DNA of 64,000 nt from positions 3,040,001 to 3,104,000 of the forward strand of contig CAVQMM010000001.1 of the NCBI GenBank assembly GCA_963713615.1. The letters are read 5' to 3'. Source of the stretch: an uncultured Chlamydiae bacterium. GTDB lineage: Bacteria; Chlamydiota; Chlamydiia; Chlamydiales; JAJFMA01. The stretch's first letter is position 1. Every line of letters begins with the position of its first letter. A program made the position numbers and the translations under genes. A model generated the notes under the pieces. The model was not told the DNA's origin and searched no databases. It was given only the letters and a program-made list of their open reading frames with translations. This document shows, one piece after another, positions 53,177-61,755 of the stretch.

Positions 53177-54175
53177 TTGACGATGGACTTCTTTTTTGGG
53201 TCGACGGTTAAAGTTGATGACAAGGGCCTTTATCACGAAAGTCGAAATGGTATTTTGGTTCCCATCGGGCCACTGGAACGAGGAGCACGTGGCCTCGCTT
53301 CTTTGTTTGGCGGTAAGCCTCAGGCCAAAGAGGATGTTGTTGTAGAGCATCAGGTACCGCGTCCAGCACCCATTTCTTCACCGCCCCCCTTCCTTTCGAG
53401 TATTAGTGGCATCATTGGATCTGTTGCGAGTGCTGTGCGCGAGCAGCTTGTTTGGACCCCTAGTCATCTTTTGGAGGCATTACCAAAGCTTGAGGAACGC
53501 ATTTCAAAGTTTGAGGATGAGCATGGTTGGCTTGATGTTGTGGCAAAGCTTAATGAAATAGATGCCATTTACAAAGAGAGTGTTCGGATTTTGGAAGGCG
53601 CTAAGTCCAACGTGGAAAATAAGGAGTGGCTTGAGCCTGCCCAGGCATTAGCTGACCGCATCAAGTCTCGGTATGACAGTGTTATGGAGAATATTCATGG
53701 GGACGGCTTGACTCAGATGAGACAAGAGATGGAACAAGCCGGTGACCATCTAGATTTGTTACAGAATTTAGCTGAGCGCTTGCGTATTTGGCAGGCAAGT
53801 TATGAGAGTGGTGGTCTTGACACCGAATATAGTCGACGATTGGCAAACGATGGCAAAATCCTAATGAAAGACCTTCAGGGCATTATAGCAGCCCTTCAGA
53901 ATGTCGAAGAGGTCGAGGAATTACCACCTGTTGTTCCCGTAGTAAATCCTTTGGATGTATTTAGGAAAGCATTTTTAGAGATTCGGGGACAATGTGAAGG
54001 GTTAATTGGCAATAAAGATTTTGATCATCAAGTGAAAGGTGGCATTTTGGCAGGGTTAAGGGCTGATGTAGAAGATCTTCAGAAGCAACTTGAACCTCTG
54101 TTGGGTGACAAAAGCCAGCTGCAGGGTGATTTGCAGCATTTTCTACAGACAATCGACGCTATGCAAGGGCATTAA
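53177..54175 (+). CDS. Helical coiled-coil hypothetical protein, possible T3SS effector
   Basis: 332-aa ORF with a Pro/Ser-rich N-terminal region, a helical acidic body and no signal peptide. Confidence 0.7.
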   Translation: MTMDFFFGSTVKVDDKGLYHESRNGILVPIGPLERGARGLASLFGGKPQAKEDVVVEHQVPRPAPISSPPPFLSSISGIIGSVASAVREQLVWTPSHLLEALPKLEERISKFEDEHGWLDVVAKLNEIDAIYKESVRILEGAKSNVENKEWLEPAQALADRIKSRYDSVMENIHGDGLTQMRQEMEQAGDHLDLLQNLAERLRIWQASYESGGLDTEYSRRLANDGKILMKDLQGIIAALQNVEEVEELPPVVPVVNPLDVFRKAFLEIRGQCEGLIGNKDFDHQVKGGILAGLRADVEDLQKQLEPLLGDKSQLQGDLQHFLQTIDAMQGH

Positions 54176-54244
54176 CATGTGCACGCAATGTTCTGGAGCC
54201 CCAACCGAAAGTAATAGGGGCTTGTGGAGCAGTCCATGACCATC

Positions 54245-54348
54245 TGTGGCGCAGTCATGGAATGATTGGGCCACATAGGATTGCGCTTCATGAGGTTGTG
54301 TGGGTTAAGGTTCATTGGCAGTCATGGAATGACTGCGCCACATAGGAA
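54245..54348. repeat. Short palindromic repeat (TGTGGCGCAGTCAT-GGA-ATGACTGCGCCACA type), two copies
   Basis: Copies at ~54245 and ~54317. A half copy ATGACTGCGCCACA also occurs at the parB stop (~61666). Confidence 0.7.
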
Positions 54349-54401
54349 GCCTTGTTACTTTCGGATATTCTCAAAGGGCTTCGCGCCTGGCAATGAGAAG
54401 G

Positions 54402-54439
54402 AAATAAAAATGCCTTCCTGCTAGGCAAAGAAGGCATTT
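54402..54439 (-). terminator. Intrinsic terminator
   Basis: AAATGCCTTC/GAAGGCATTT stem followed by a T-rich tail on the minus strand. Confidence 0.75.
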
Positions 54440-54634
54440 ATTGACCAACCGATGAAGCTCAAAGAGTTCCGTCAGCATATAATCACAGTTTTTTCATCTT
54501 TAGACGTTATGTCAGAACCTGAACACACGAAGAGCCTAAACTATTCCTTGGCATCCAGATCTTTCTCTGACCATGTCATGCTTATAGGCCTATCATTTTC
54601 TTCCTCCTTTAGATAATCTGCTTTTCTAAAGGTG

Positions 54635-56005
54635 TCAATTATATTGAAAACCGGCAATACCTGCAATATTTTTTTGAATCGCTAACCAGTTAGCTCGCCA
54701 AAGATACAAAGCAAGGTCAGCCAAATTAGAAAGGCTAAGAAAGGTCCAACATTGTTCAGGAGGCATCTCAAGGACCACTATGGCACAATACATAAGCATG
54801 TAATTCTTGATCCAACTCAACCCACCAGTAACTAAAAAAAAGTTGATGTCCTTAAATGCCAGCAAACGACTTACTGGAATGTATGCCAGGGTCCCAAAAC
54901 TAAATGACAACCATAATCCAAAAAAAACGTTCTTCAAGACACCATCAGAAAGAGATATGTCGGGAAACAATATCCGACATAGGGCCTCAGGAAATACAAG
55001 CATGGGTATCCCCAGCATCACAATGATCGTTGATATAACAAAAAATCCAGAAAGCTCCATTCTTCCCAAAAACTGAAAATTCTTTGCTCCCACGAGATTG
55101 GATGCAATCGTCGTCAAAGCCTGACAAATGGCCTCACCAATAAAGGGAAGGAAGAGACCTATAGTACTGCCCAATGACCAAATCAACAGATAGTCTCCCT
55201 GTTTTTCGATCATCAGACGAGCAATACACGCCCAACACAACACGACGGAAATACGATTCAGAGCCCTTAAAAGCCCCGGACGGATGCAGTCCCAGAAAAG
55301 CGTAGAATTAAAACGCCACTGATGCGTGCCATAGATCTGCGCATGCGCAGGAGAAAGAAAAATGCAAAAAAGGACAAGGCAAAGCCCCCCCTGTGCTACC
55401 AAATTGCTAATAGCGCCCCCAATTAGTCCTAGGGGTGGAATCCAGCCTTCTACTCCAAAAATCAACATATAGGCTAGGCATAGATTTAGCAGATTGGTTC
55501 CCAACGTAGCAAATAGGGTCAGTAACGTCTTACCTCGACCGATATAGAAACATGAAAGGCTAGTGCTCAATGGATAGAGAAAGTTGATCAACAGAAGAAA
55601 ATGGAGATAGGGCAAAGCTAATGACTCAATAGCTGTTTCTTCAAAATAAAACTCACCGAAGAGAAAGCCAAAGGGGACTACTATCAATGTCGATAGAATA
55701 GAGAACCAGATGAATTGCCAGATTGCACTTCCAATGGCTTGATCTGTCTGCGCCCCCTGATGCCTTCCAACGAAGACCTGGGCCATCATGACTAACACCA
55801 AACAGGGTGTTTGGAAGATATAGTAGACATAGACTACATTAACGGCTGCCTCTAAGGTTTCAGTAGAAAGGCGCGCAAAAAATAGCCTTTCGACGAAAAG
55901 CACGATGCTGCCGGAAAGGGTCATGAAAACTATAGGTAAAAAGAGACTGATGACTTCCCGAATTCCGCCAGTGAATTGAGACTTAGGTTGAGAAATACCA
56001 GTCAT
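54635..56005 (-). CDS. MATE-family efflux transporter
   Basis: About 12 hydrophobic segments, GGIREVISLFLP, FVERLFFARLS, FYIGRGKT and LIFGVEGWIPPLGLIGGAI. Confidence 0.92.
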   Translation of the reverse strand: MTGISQPKSQFTGGIREVISLFLPIVFMTLSGSIVLFVERLFFARLSTETLEAAVNVVYVYYIFQTPCLVLVMMAQVFVGRHQGAQTDQAIGSAIWQFIWFSILSTLIVVPFGFLFGEFYFEETAIESLALPYLHFLLLINFLYPLSTSLSCFYIGRGKTLLTLFATLGTNLLNLCLAYMLIFGVEGWIPPLGLIGGAISNLVAQGGLCLVLFCIFLSPAHAQIYGTHQWRFNSTLFWDCIRPGLLRALNRISVVLCWACIARLMIEKQGDYLLIWSLGSTIGLFLPFIGEAICQALTTIASNLVGAKNFQFLGRMELSGFFVISTIIVMLGIPMLVFPEALCRILFPDISLSDGVLKNVFFGLWLSFSFGTLAYIPVSRLLAFKDINFFLVTGGLSWIKNYMLMYCAIVVLEMPPEQCWTFLSLSNLADLALYLWRANWLAIQKNIAGIAGFQYN

Positions 56006-59000
56006 CGGCTTGCTACGTAACTGGTGATTGCTTTTTCATCCTCGTACGCACTAATGCTTTTCGCTAAATCGGTATGGAGATGATGCACCACCTCAAAACC
56101 CTCCTTTACCAGAGCTTGATAGGGTTGATAAAACAAGGGAATCACCAGCATTTCTTGGCACAGTTTTTCCTCCGCACGCATGAGATAGGAGGAGCGTAGG
56201 GAAGAGCTGACCTCCTGATCACTCAATCGCAGCCAATGCTGGAAGAAGGGGTCTTGGCAATTGGGCATATATATATTCTCCTGAGCATATCTAAAAGCAT
56301 TGAGAGTCGTAATGGGATCGTGAGTTCTAGGCCACCAAAATATTAAGCTCATTTGAAACTCTCCCTTCATCATCCTAGAAGCAATAGAGTTCCAAGGTGT
56401 TGGTACGGGATGACACTCGATTCCAAGCACCTCTTGCAATTGTTGAACTAGTTTAAAAACGATTTCTTCTCGAACCCCTCCGGGGGGATGGATGATTTGT
56501 AAGGGTCCTAGTTGATTTTTAGACATCCCCAATTCACTTAAACCCTCCTGCAGGTGCTGCTGAGCCCTTTGAATATTCTGCTGCGAAAAAAAGACCTGAG
56601 ATGGATGAGACGCATAAGGTAGAAGGGAATAAGCGGGGGTTAGCGGCAAGAACGTTTCTGCTATCATTTGTGCACGATCGATTGCAAAGGCAAAGGCACG
56701 ACGCACTTTACAATGTCGCAACAGGGGATGTACGGTGTTAAAGACAATCCAACAAACCGATGCGTTAGGAATTGAAATCTTCTGATCTCCCTGGCGAGCG
56801 GTATAGAAAGGATACCAACCTCCAAATGGATTTCCAATCCAGTCAAGTTCTCCTTTCCGAAATGCTTGAAGACCCTGATGGGGGTTAATTTGTGTCAAAA
56901 GAACCTCATCCAAAGCAACTGAGGCGGCGTCCCAGTAGGCCGGATTTTTTGAAAACCGATAGGTTTGATGGTTAGAATCATTGATTGCCAACTGAAAGGG
57001 ACCATTACATGGATAGTTATTTCCTACTTGATAGGGCCACTGAGGATACTTTTGATCTACCAGCTGATGTATAGGAGAATAGATAGGCTGGGCTGTTAGC
57101 TCCAAAAAGGAGGGGGTTGGATGAGCGAGATCGACCTTCAATGTGCGTTCATCCATTGCAAAAACCCCTACCCGATCTGGGGGAACTTTTCCCTCCTTAG
57201 CCTCCCGAGCATATTTGATAGGATAAAATAGATAAGCGAAGGCGGTTTTAAAGTCAGGAGAGAGAATCTTTTTCCACGCATATTCGAAATCACTGGCCAT
57301 GACAGAAGAGCCATCATTCCACTTGGCAGGGCGCAGTTTAAACACGTATTGTCTAAAATCTGAAGAGATGTCTATGGTTTCGGCGATGCCATTTTCCACA
57401 TCTCCATTTCTATTGATACGTGTAAGGCCTTCAAAAAGTAGCCGTAAGGTCTCACTAGAGAGGAAATCCCCGTCCACACGGGGGTCTAAGGATACCAACG
57501 CATACTCGGTTCCAATGCGCAGAATTCGTCGTTTTTTTATGATCTGATGCTTTTCGTGAAGCTCTCTTCGCAGTGTTTCTATTAAGGCTTCGCTGTCTTG
57601 GTCATGAGGTAATACACCGTGAAAAAAAAGACCTTCTGGAATATCGACAATAGTGTAGGTAAGGTCGCATCTTTGAAATTCGGGTCTTTCGATCACATCT
57701 AAGATGGTCTCCTTCCAAGATGTATTATGTCCTTGTAAGGCTAAGAAAATCTCATCTTCGTTTCTATGCGTTTCAAGTATGTAGGGAACGTCAGTCGGAA
57801 GCTTTCTATTATAACTATCCAAAAACTGCTGAAAAAGTGTTGCTAGGGTAACGCTCATGAGTAAAGCCTGCTTTTCTAACGGCGTCAACCCATAAAAAAA
57901 CGTTTCCATGAGCTCGGAATCTATTTGCGCAACCGCAGGAAAGCGCATTTTAAAGTCGTCCAATAGCTCGTGTTGCTTGATGAGGCTGCCGCCATTATAA
58001 TCGCGGAACTCGCCTATGGCAGAGCTAATGAGCGAAACGATCTTTTGCCGACTGGCATAAAAATCTAACGACCCATCCGACCTTACAAAAGAGAGCGTTC
58101 GATCGAGATGCAGACGAAAAACATGCGCTTCAATCGGATGCTCCTGCAGATGTCTTACGGTAAGGAGCCGTTCCGAAACAAAAGAACAATCTGGAGAGGA
58201 AGTAAAACACTTATGTAGGGGAAAATGACTTTTGGGGGACGCATAAACTAGAATGACGAGAAAGATCACTTCATCTCTTAGTTGCTGTTCAAAAGAAATC
58301 CATGCTTGAGGAATATCTTCTACCGAATGAATCTCTCTGCTTAAGGTGAGAATGGTTTTATACACCTCTTCCTCATTACGCCGCATGAACACCGTGGGGG
58401 CGAGTTTTTGAAAGCCTCCCCTGATCTGCTTCTCCAAATTGCTTCCTAAGCTATTGCGTTCGGTTAAAGAAAAGAGGGAGCCGTTTCTTTTTTCGATCTC
58501 AAAGTAGAGAATTTTGAGGTTTTTGTCGGGCATAACATGGAAATAGGAACTTTCCTTAACAATTTTGGCTTCAGGATGATTCTTCCGCAACACCAGAAGC
58601 ACATTTTCTTCATCGAACAGCTCATATCGGTCTGTCAGGTTAAAGCCTACTAGACACCCGAGAACAGTTTTTGATGAAAATGGAAATGACAGACGAGTAG
58701 GGATCCACTTGACTTCAAGATGACGTGCATGGGGAAAAGAGGCATAGGACCTCTGGAGGGTTTTTTGCATAAAGTGAATGGAGAGAATAAGGCGAGATAG
58801 GTGTGAGGCACTGCGATGGTCTAAAAACTTCTTGGTGGCCAGCAAGTAGAGGAGCATGAGGTCATTAAAAATGCGGTCATCTTTAAAGATAGGAAAGCGC
58901 AACTGCCACTTTTGCAAGGTTTCGTAGACTGAAAAAAAAGAAAAATGAGCAGGAATATAAACGCTTTGAGCAGCATTTTCGTCATGCGAATTCAGAGGTG

Positions 59001-59082
59001 GGCTCAACTTTATTCTTACCATGCGGGCAATGTTCTGCCGCCTGCGAAAAATTGTCAAGTCCGCTTCTTTGCGGGCGTGCAA
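56002..59082 (-). CDS. Fusion of a ~500-aa unknown N-terminal region to a family-5 (OppA-like) solute-binding domain; no signal peptide
   Basis: SLDPR...LFEGL, KWNDGS..ASDFEYAWK, CNGPF, KNPAYWD, VRRAFAFAIDR and IPLFY. The start may be the ATG at 59022. Confidence 0.88.
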   Translation of the reverse strand: MHARKEADLTIFRRRQNIARMVRIKLSPPLNSHDENAAQSVYIPAHFSFFSVYETLQKWQLRFPIFKDDRIFNDLMLLYLLATKKFLDHRSASHLSRLILSIHFMQKTLQRSYASFPHARHLEVKWIPTRLSFPFSSKTVLGCLVGFNLTDRYELFDEENVLLVLRKNHPEAKIVKESSYFHVMPDKNLKILYFEIEKRNGSLFSLTERNSLGSNLEKQIRGGFQKLAPTVFMRRNEEEVYKTILTLSREIHSVEDIPQAWISFEQQLRDEVIFLVILVYASPKSHFPLHKCFTSSPDCSFVSERLLTVRHLQEHPIEAHVFRLHLDRTLSFVRSDGSLDFYASRQKIVSLISSAIGEFRDYNGGSLIKQHELLDDFKMRFPAVAQIDSELMETFFYGLTPLEKQALLMSVTLATLFQQFLDSYNRKLPTDVPYILETHRNEDEIFLALQGHNTSWKETILDVIERPEFQRCDLTYTIVDIPEGLFFHGVLPHDQDSEALIETLRRELHEKHQIIKKRRILRIGTEYALVSLDPRVDGDFLSSETLRLLFEGLTRINRNGDVENGIAETIDISSDFRQYVFKLRPAKWNDGSSVMASDFEYAWKKILSPDFKTAFAYLFYPIKYAREAKEGKVPPDRVGVFAMDERTLKVDLAHPTPSFLELTAQPIYSPIHQLVDQKYPQWPYQVGNNYPCNGPFQLAINDSNHQTYRFSKNPAYWDAASVALDEVLLTQINPHQGLQAFRKGELDWIGNPFGGWYPFYTARQGDQKISIPNASVCWIVFNTVHPLLRHCKVRRAFAFAIDRAQMIAETFLPLTPAYSLLPYASHPSQVFFSQQNIQRAQQHLQEGLSELGMSKNQLGPLQIIHPPGGVREEIVFKLVQQLQEVLGIECHPVPTPWNSIASRMMKGEFQMSLIFWWPRTHDPITTLNAFRYAQENIYMPNCQDPFFQHWLRLSDQEVSSSLRSSYLMRAEEKLCQEMLVIPLFYQPYQALVKEGFEVVHHLHTDLAKSISAYEDEKAITSYVASR

Positions 59083-59102
59083 TCCAAACTTTTACGCAGA
59101 GC

Positions 59103-59133
59103 AAAAAAAAGCGGTCACCAGGTCGGTGACCGC
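59103..59133 (-). terminator. Intrinsic terminator after the 70-aa ORF
   Basis: Perfect 9-bp GC-rich stem GCGGTCACC/GGTGACCGC plus T8 on the minus strand. Confidence 0.9.
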
Positions 59134-59163
59134 TAAAACTTGTTATTTCCTACTAAAGAAAAG

Positions 59164-59376
59164 TTAGAAGGAAACAGTCATTTTTCCTTTGATGCAAACC
59201 ACTTCATCAGCTGGTATGGAATCATCTGCAAGGAAAACATCCTCGTTAACCACTGACGCTGCTTTAAAATGCTTGGCTGGAAAGGAAGGCCCAAAGGTCA
59301 ATCGTTGCAAGACCTTTAATCCCTGCCCCTCACCCTCCAACATTTCAAAAGCTAGCGAGCTTGTTGGTGCATTCAC
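59164..59376 (-). CDS. 70-aa hypothetical protein
   Basis: AGGTGGAG RBS before a GTG start, and a terminator 30 nt after the stop. Confidence 0.65.
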   Translation of the reverse strand: MNAPTSSLAFEMLEGEGQGLKVLQRLTFGPSFPAKHFKAASVVNEDVFLADDSIPADEVVCIKGKMTVSF

Positions 59377-59389
59377 AAATATTCTTCTC

Positions 59390-59897
59390 CACCTGTCCTT
59401 GTAAGGACAGCCGTAAGAGAATGCTAATTTAGGCTAAGCGAGTCTTAACAAACAATCCGAACTCCTCCAAGTTGAAATGCGTCAAGATTGTACCTCTTGT
59501 GTTACTTAGGGGTCCCCACCTTGTAAGCCGTATGGCTTTGAGGTTGCTTAAGCTGTTGCTCAGTATCATAGGATCCTTCTTCCCACTAACGTGGTTCCCC
59601 AACCGCGTTATAAGAAAGAGAGATGTCGCTAACAACTTCTATTTCGGGTCGCCCCGGCAACAGGTACCCTACCCGTTCACCGTAGCAGCATTTTTCTTAC
59701 ACGTTTCAATCTCACCGTTAAACCGCGAGGTTCAATCGATGAGCTCACTTTCTTACTCAAGACTCAATACCCAAAGTTTGTGGCTACGAGCGATAACAAC
59801 TGATGTCACCTCCTCATGTGCTCTCATGTTCCACCGTTATTGGGCTAGCACCCTCAGACAATCCAATAGGTCTTTCATATCATCTGAGGCATGATCG
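59390..59897 (-). ncRNA. Candidate large structured RNA or 5' leader
   Basis: At least seven hairpins plus nested long-range helices. G-U pairs favour the minus strand (see findings). Confidence 0.6.
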
Positions 59898-59908
59898 CGA
59901 ATTATGCC

Positions 59909-59923
59909 GCGACCTTATCGCCA
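59909..59923 (-). promoter_or_regulatory. Possible sigma54 (-24/-12) promoter
   Basis: TGGCGA-N5-TCGC has GG-N10-GC spacing and would start transcription just before the first hairpin. Confidence 0.3.
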
Positions 59924-59957
59924 CTCTAGGGCAATATAAAAAAAAAGACAAAACCTT

Positions 59958-60746
59958 TTACTGACGCAAGGATTTCTTTCGCGCTTCAATATAATCACTC
60001 AGTCCAATCTTGCCGGTTTTAAAAGTTGCGGCAACTTGTGCGAAAGCTTTCTTGTCAGCTTCGGCAATACGCTGGAGCTCCTGCCATGCCAGTAGTTCGC
60101 CTTCAGCATTATTCAATTTCTGCTGTAACGTCGCTTGGCGTAGGAGATTGCTCACGTAAAGGATATCACCAAATCCACGCGTTTGCCCTTCATGATTTGC
60201 GACTAAGCTCTCATTCATTTTCTTCGTTAGAAATTCGGAACGTTTTAGCGCCTCTGAGTCATTTCCACCGGCGATCAACAAAGATGTCTTGGAATAGTCT
60301 TCGTAAAAAGGAAGGTTTTCATTCGTGAGTTGCTTTAGCGCTTTTTGTCCATAAGTCAAGGCCATCTTCATGTCGCCTAGTCGCAAAAAGGTCTGTGCAA
60401 TTAACCCATCATAGCGGGTGCCTAACTCAGGATGACGCGATAGAACCTCTTTGAGTTGAACAAAGGCGGGGGTATTGGCTGGGTCCTTAACATCCGAACC
60501 GGTGGAACTAAATTCCCTATACGACACGGCAGCTTTGAGGTAGTCGGCTTCATCATCACCAGCGGTACGATAACTCCAGGCATACATAGCCACCAGCAGA
60601 ACAATAATGCCGACACCTGCATACAAGACGCTAGGTCCATGCTCCTGCACCCAATGGGCGAGACGATCTGCGAAGGTTTCCTGAACCAATGGTGTACCAT
60701 CACTCATCTGAACGATGCCATCGTGCTTACGCCGTTTGTCCACCAT
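59958..60746 (-). CDS. Membrane-anchored TPR-like (YfgM-like) protein
   Basis: Single N-terminal TM helix followed by helical repeats. Confidence 0.75.
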   Translation of the reverse strand: MVDKRRKHDGIVQMSDGTPLVQETFADRLAHWVQEHGPSVLYAGVGIIVLLVAMYAWSYRTAGDDEADYLKAAVSYREFSSTGSDVKDPANTPAFVQLKEVLSRHPELGTRYDGLIAQTFLRLGDMKMALTYGQKALKQLTNENLPFYEDYSKTSLLIAGGNDSEALKRSEFLTKKMNESLVANHEGQTRGFGDILYVSNLLRQATLQQKLNNAEGELLAWQELQRIAEADKKAFAQVAATFKTGKIGLSDYIEARKKSLRQ

Positions 60747-60856
60747 GTCTCACCACCTTTTGGTAGTTTCTTTCTTATTTATTAATGACAGATGGACTAT
60801 CATAATGGCTCTAGACCTAGAAGTAAAGGCAAAACGAAAACAATACTATTTAGCCA

Positions 60857-61669
60857 ATGTCAGACACCTGCTCTCCTGAGGAATTACGCGAGGTAGAGAT
60901 CGCGCACATCCGTACCAACCGATCTCAACCGCGTCGTCATTTTTCACGTGATGAGATAGCGCAACTTGCTGCTTCTATTAAAGCAGTGGGTATTATTCAT
61001 CCTCCCGTTGTTCACAGAATTGCCGGGGAAGAAGGATATGAATTAATCGCTGGAGAGCGCCGTCTCCGCGCCGCTCAAGAGGCCGGTTTAACACACATTC
61101 GAGTTCTTGTACGCCATGGTAACCCCACTCTGGCAGCGCAACTAGCTTTAATCGAAAACGTCCAAAGAGTAGATCTAAATCCATTAGAAATTGCACGCAG
61201 TCTTAAGCAACTGATCGACGACTTTGGATTGACTCAACGCGAAGTAGCAAGGCGACTTGCCAAAAAACGCTCTACGATCGCTAATTATCTCAGATTATTA
61301 AGCTTGCCAGCCCTTATTAAACGGAGTTTACAATCTGGAAAGCTCTCGATGGGCCATGCCAAGGCCATCCTTTCGGTAGTTTCTGCCGAACAGCAGGAAA
61401 TTCTTCATCGTGAAATCCTGAGGCAAAACCTAACAGTCCGTGAGGCTGAAGAGAAAGCTCGCAGCCTACCAAACGCCGAGCCAAAGGAACCCTGTGTGGC
61501 CACTGATGAGGCGCTGCACTTGAAGGATCTCGAGAACCGCATTCAGGAGCGCCTAGGTACCCGTACAGAGCTTCGTGGTAAGGGAACTAAAGGTCAGTTA
61601 ACCCTGCATTACTACGACTTAGATGACCTCGACCGGATCCTGCATTGCCTGGGAATCGAACCCGAATGA
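60857..61669 (+). CDS. parB: Chromosome partitioning protein ParB/Spo0J
   Basis: QPRRHF, YELIAGERRLRAA, ALIENVQRVDLNPLE, RSTIANYLRLL and LSMGHAKAIL. Confidence 0.97.
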   Translation: MSDTCSPEELREVEIAHIRTNRSQPRRHFSRDEIAQLAASIKAVGIIHPPVVHRIAGEEGYELIAGERRLRAAQEAGLTHIRVLVRHGNPTLAAQLALIENVQRVDLNPLEIARSLKQLIDDFGLTQREVARRLAKKRSTIANYLRLLSLPALIKRSLQSGKLSMGHAKAILSVVSAEQQEILHREILRQNLTVREAEEKARSLPNAEPKEPCVATDEALHLKDLENRIQERLGTRTELRGKGTKGQLTLHYYDLDDLDRILHCLGIEPE

Positions 61670-61755
61670 CTGCGCCACAGGATTGTGTTTCCTTTAAGAG
61701 AATTCCGCTTCTTGATACCTTGGATCTCCTTTGTTTTTCATGAGATCACCCAACC

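Noticed and set aside
54612..54638. LTPLEKQ-coding match to a segment of the OppA fusion
   Set aside because: Only seven codons, overlapping a stop codon and a promoter-like box; treated as coincidence.
59520..59545. AGCCGTATG resembling the start of group II intron domain V
   Set aside because: The complementary ACGTACGGTT arm, domain VI and a reverse transcriptase are all absent.
59472..59894. 140-aa plus-strand ORF over the structured region
   Set aside because: No recognisable motif or convincing RBS, and it is antisense to the surrounding unit; likely spurious but not excluded.
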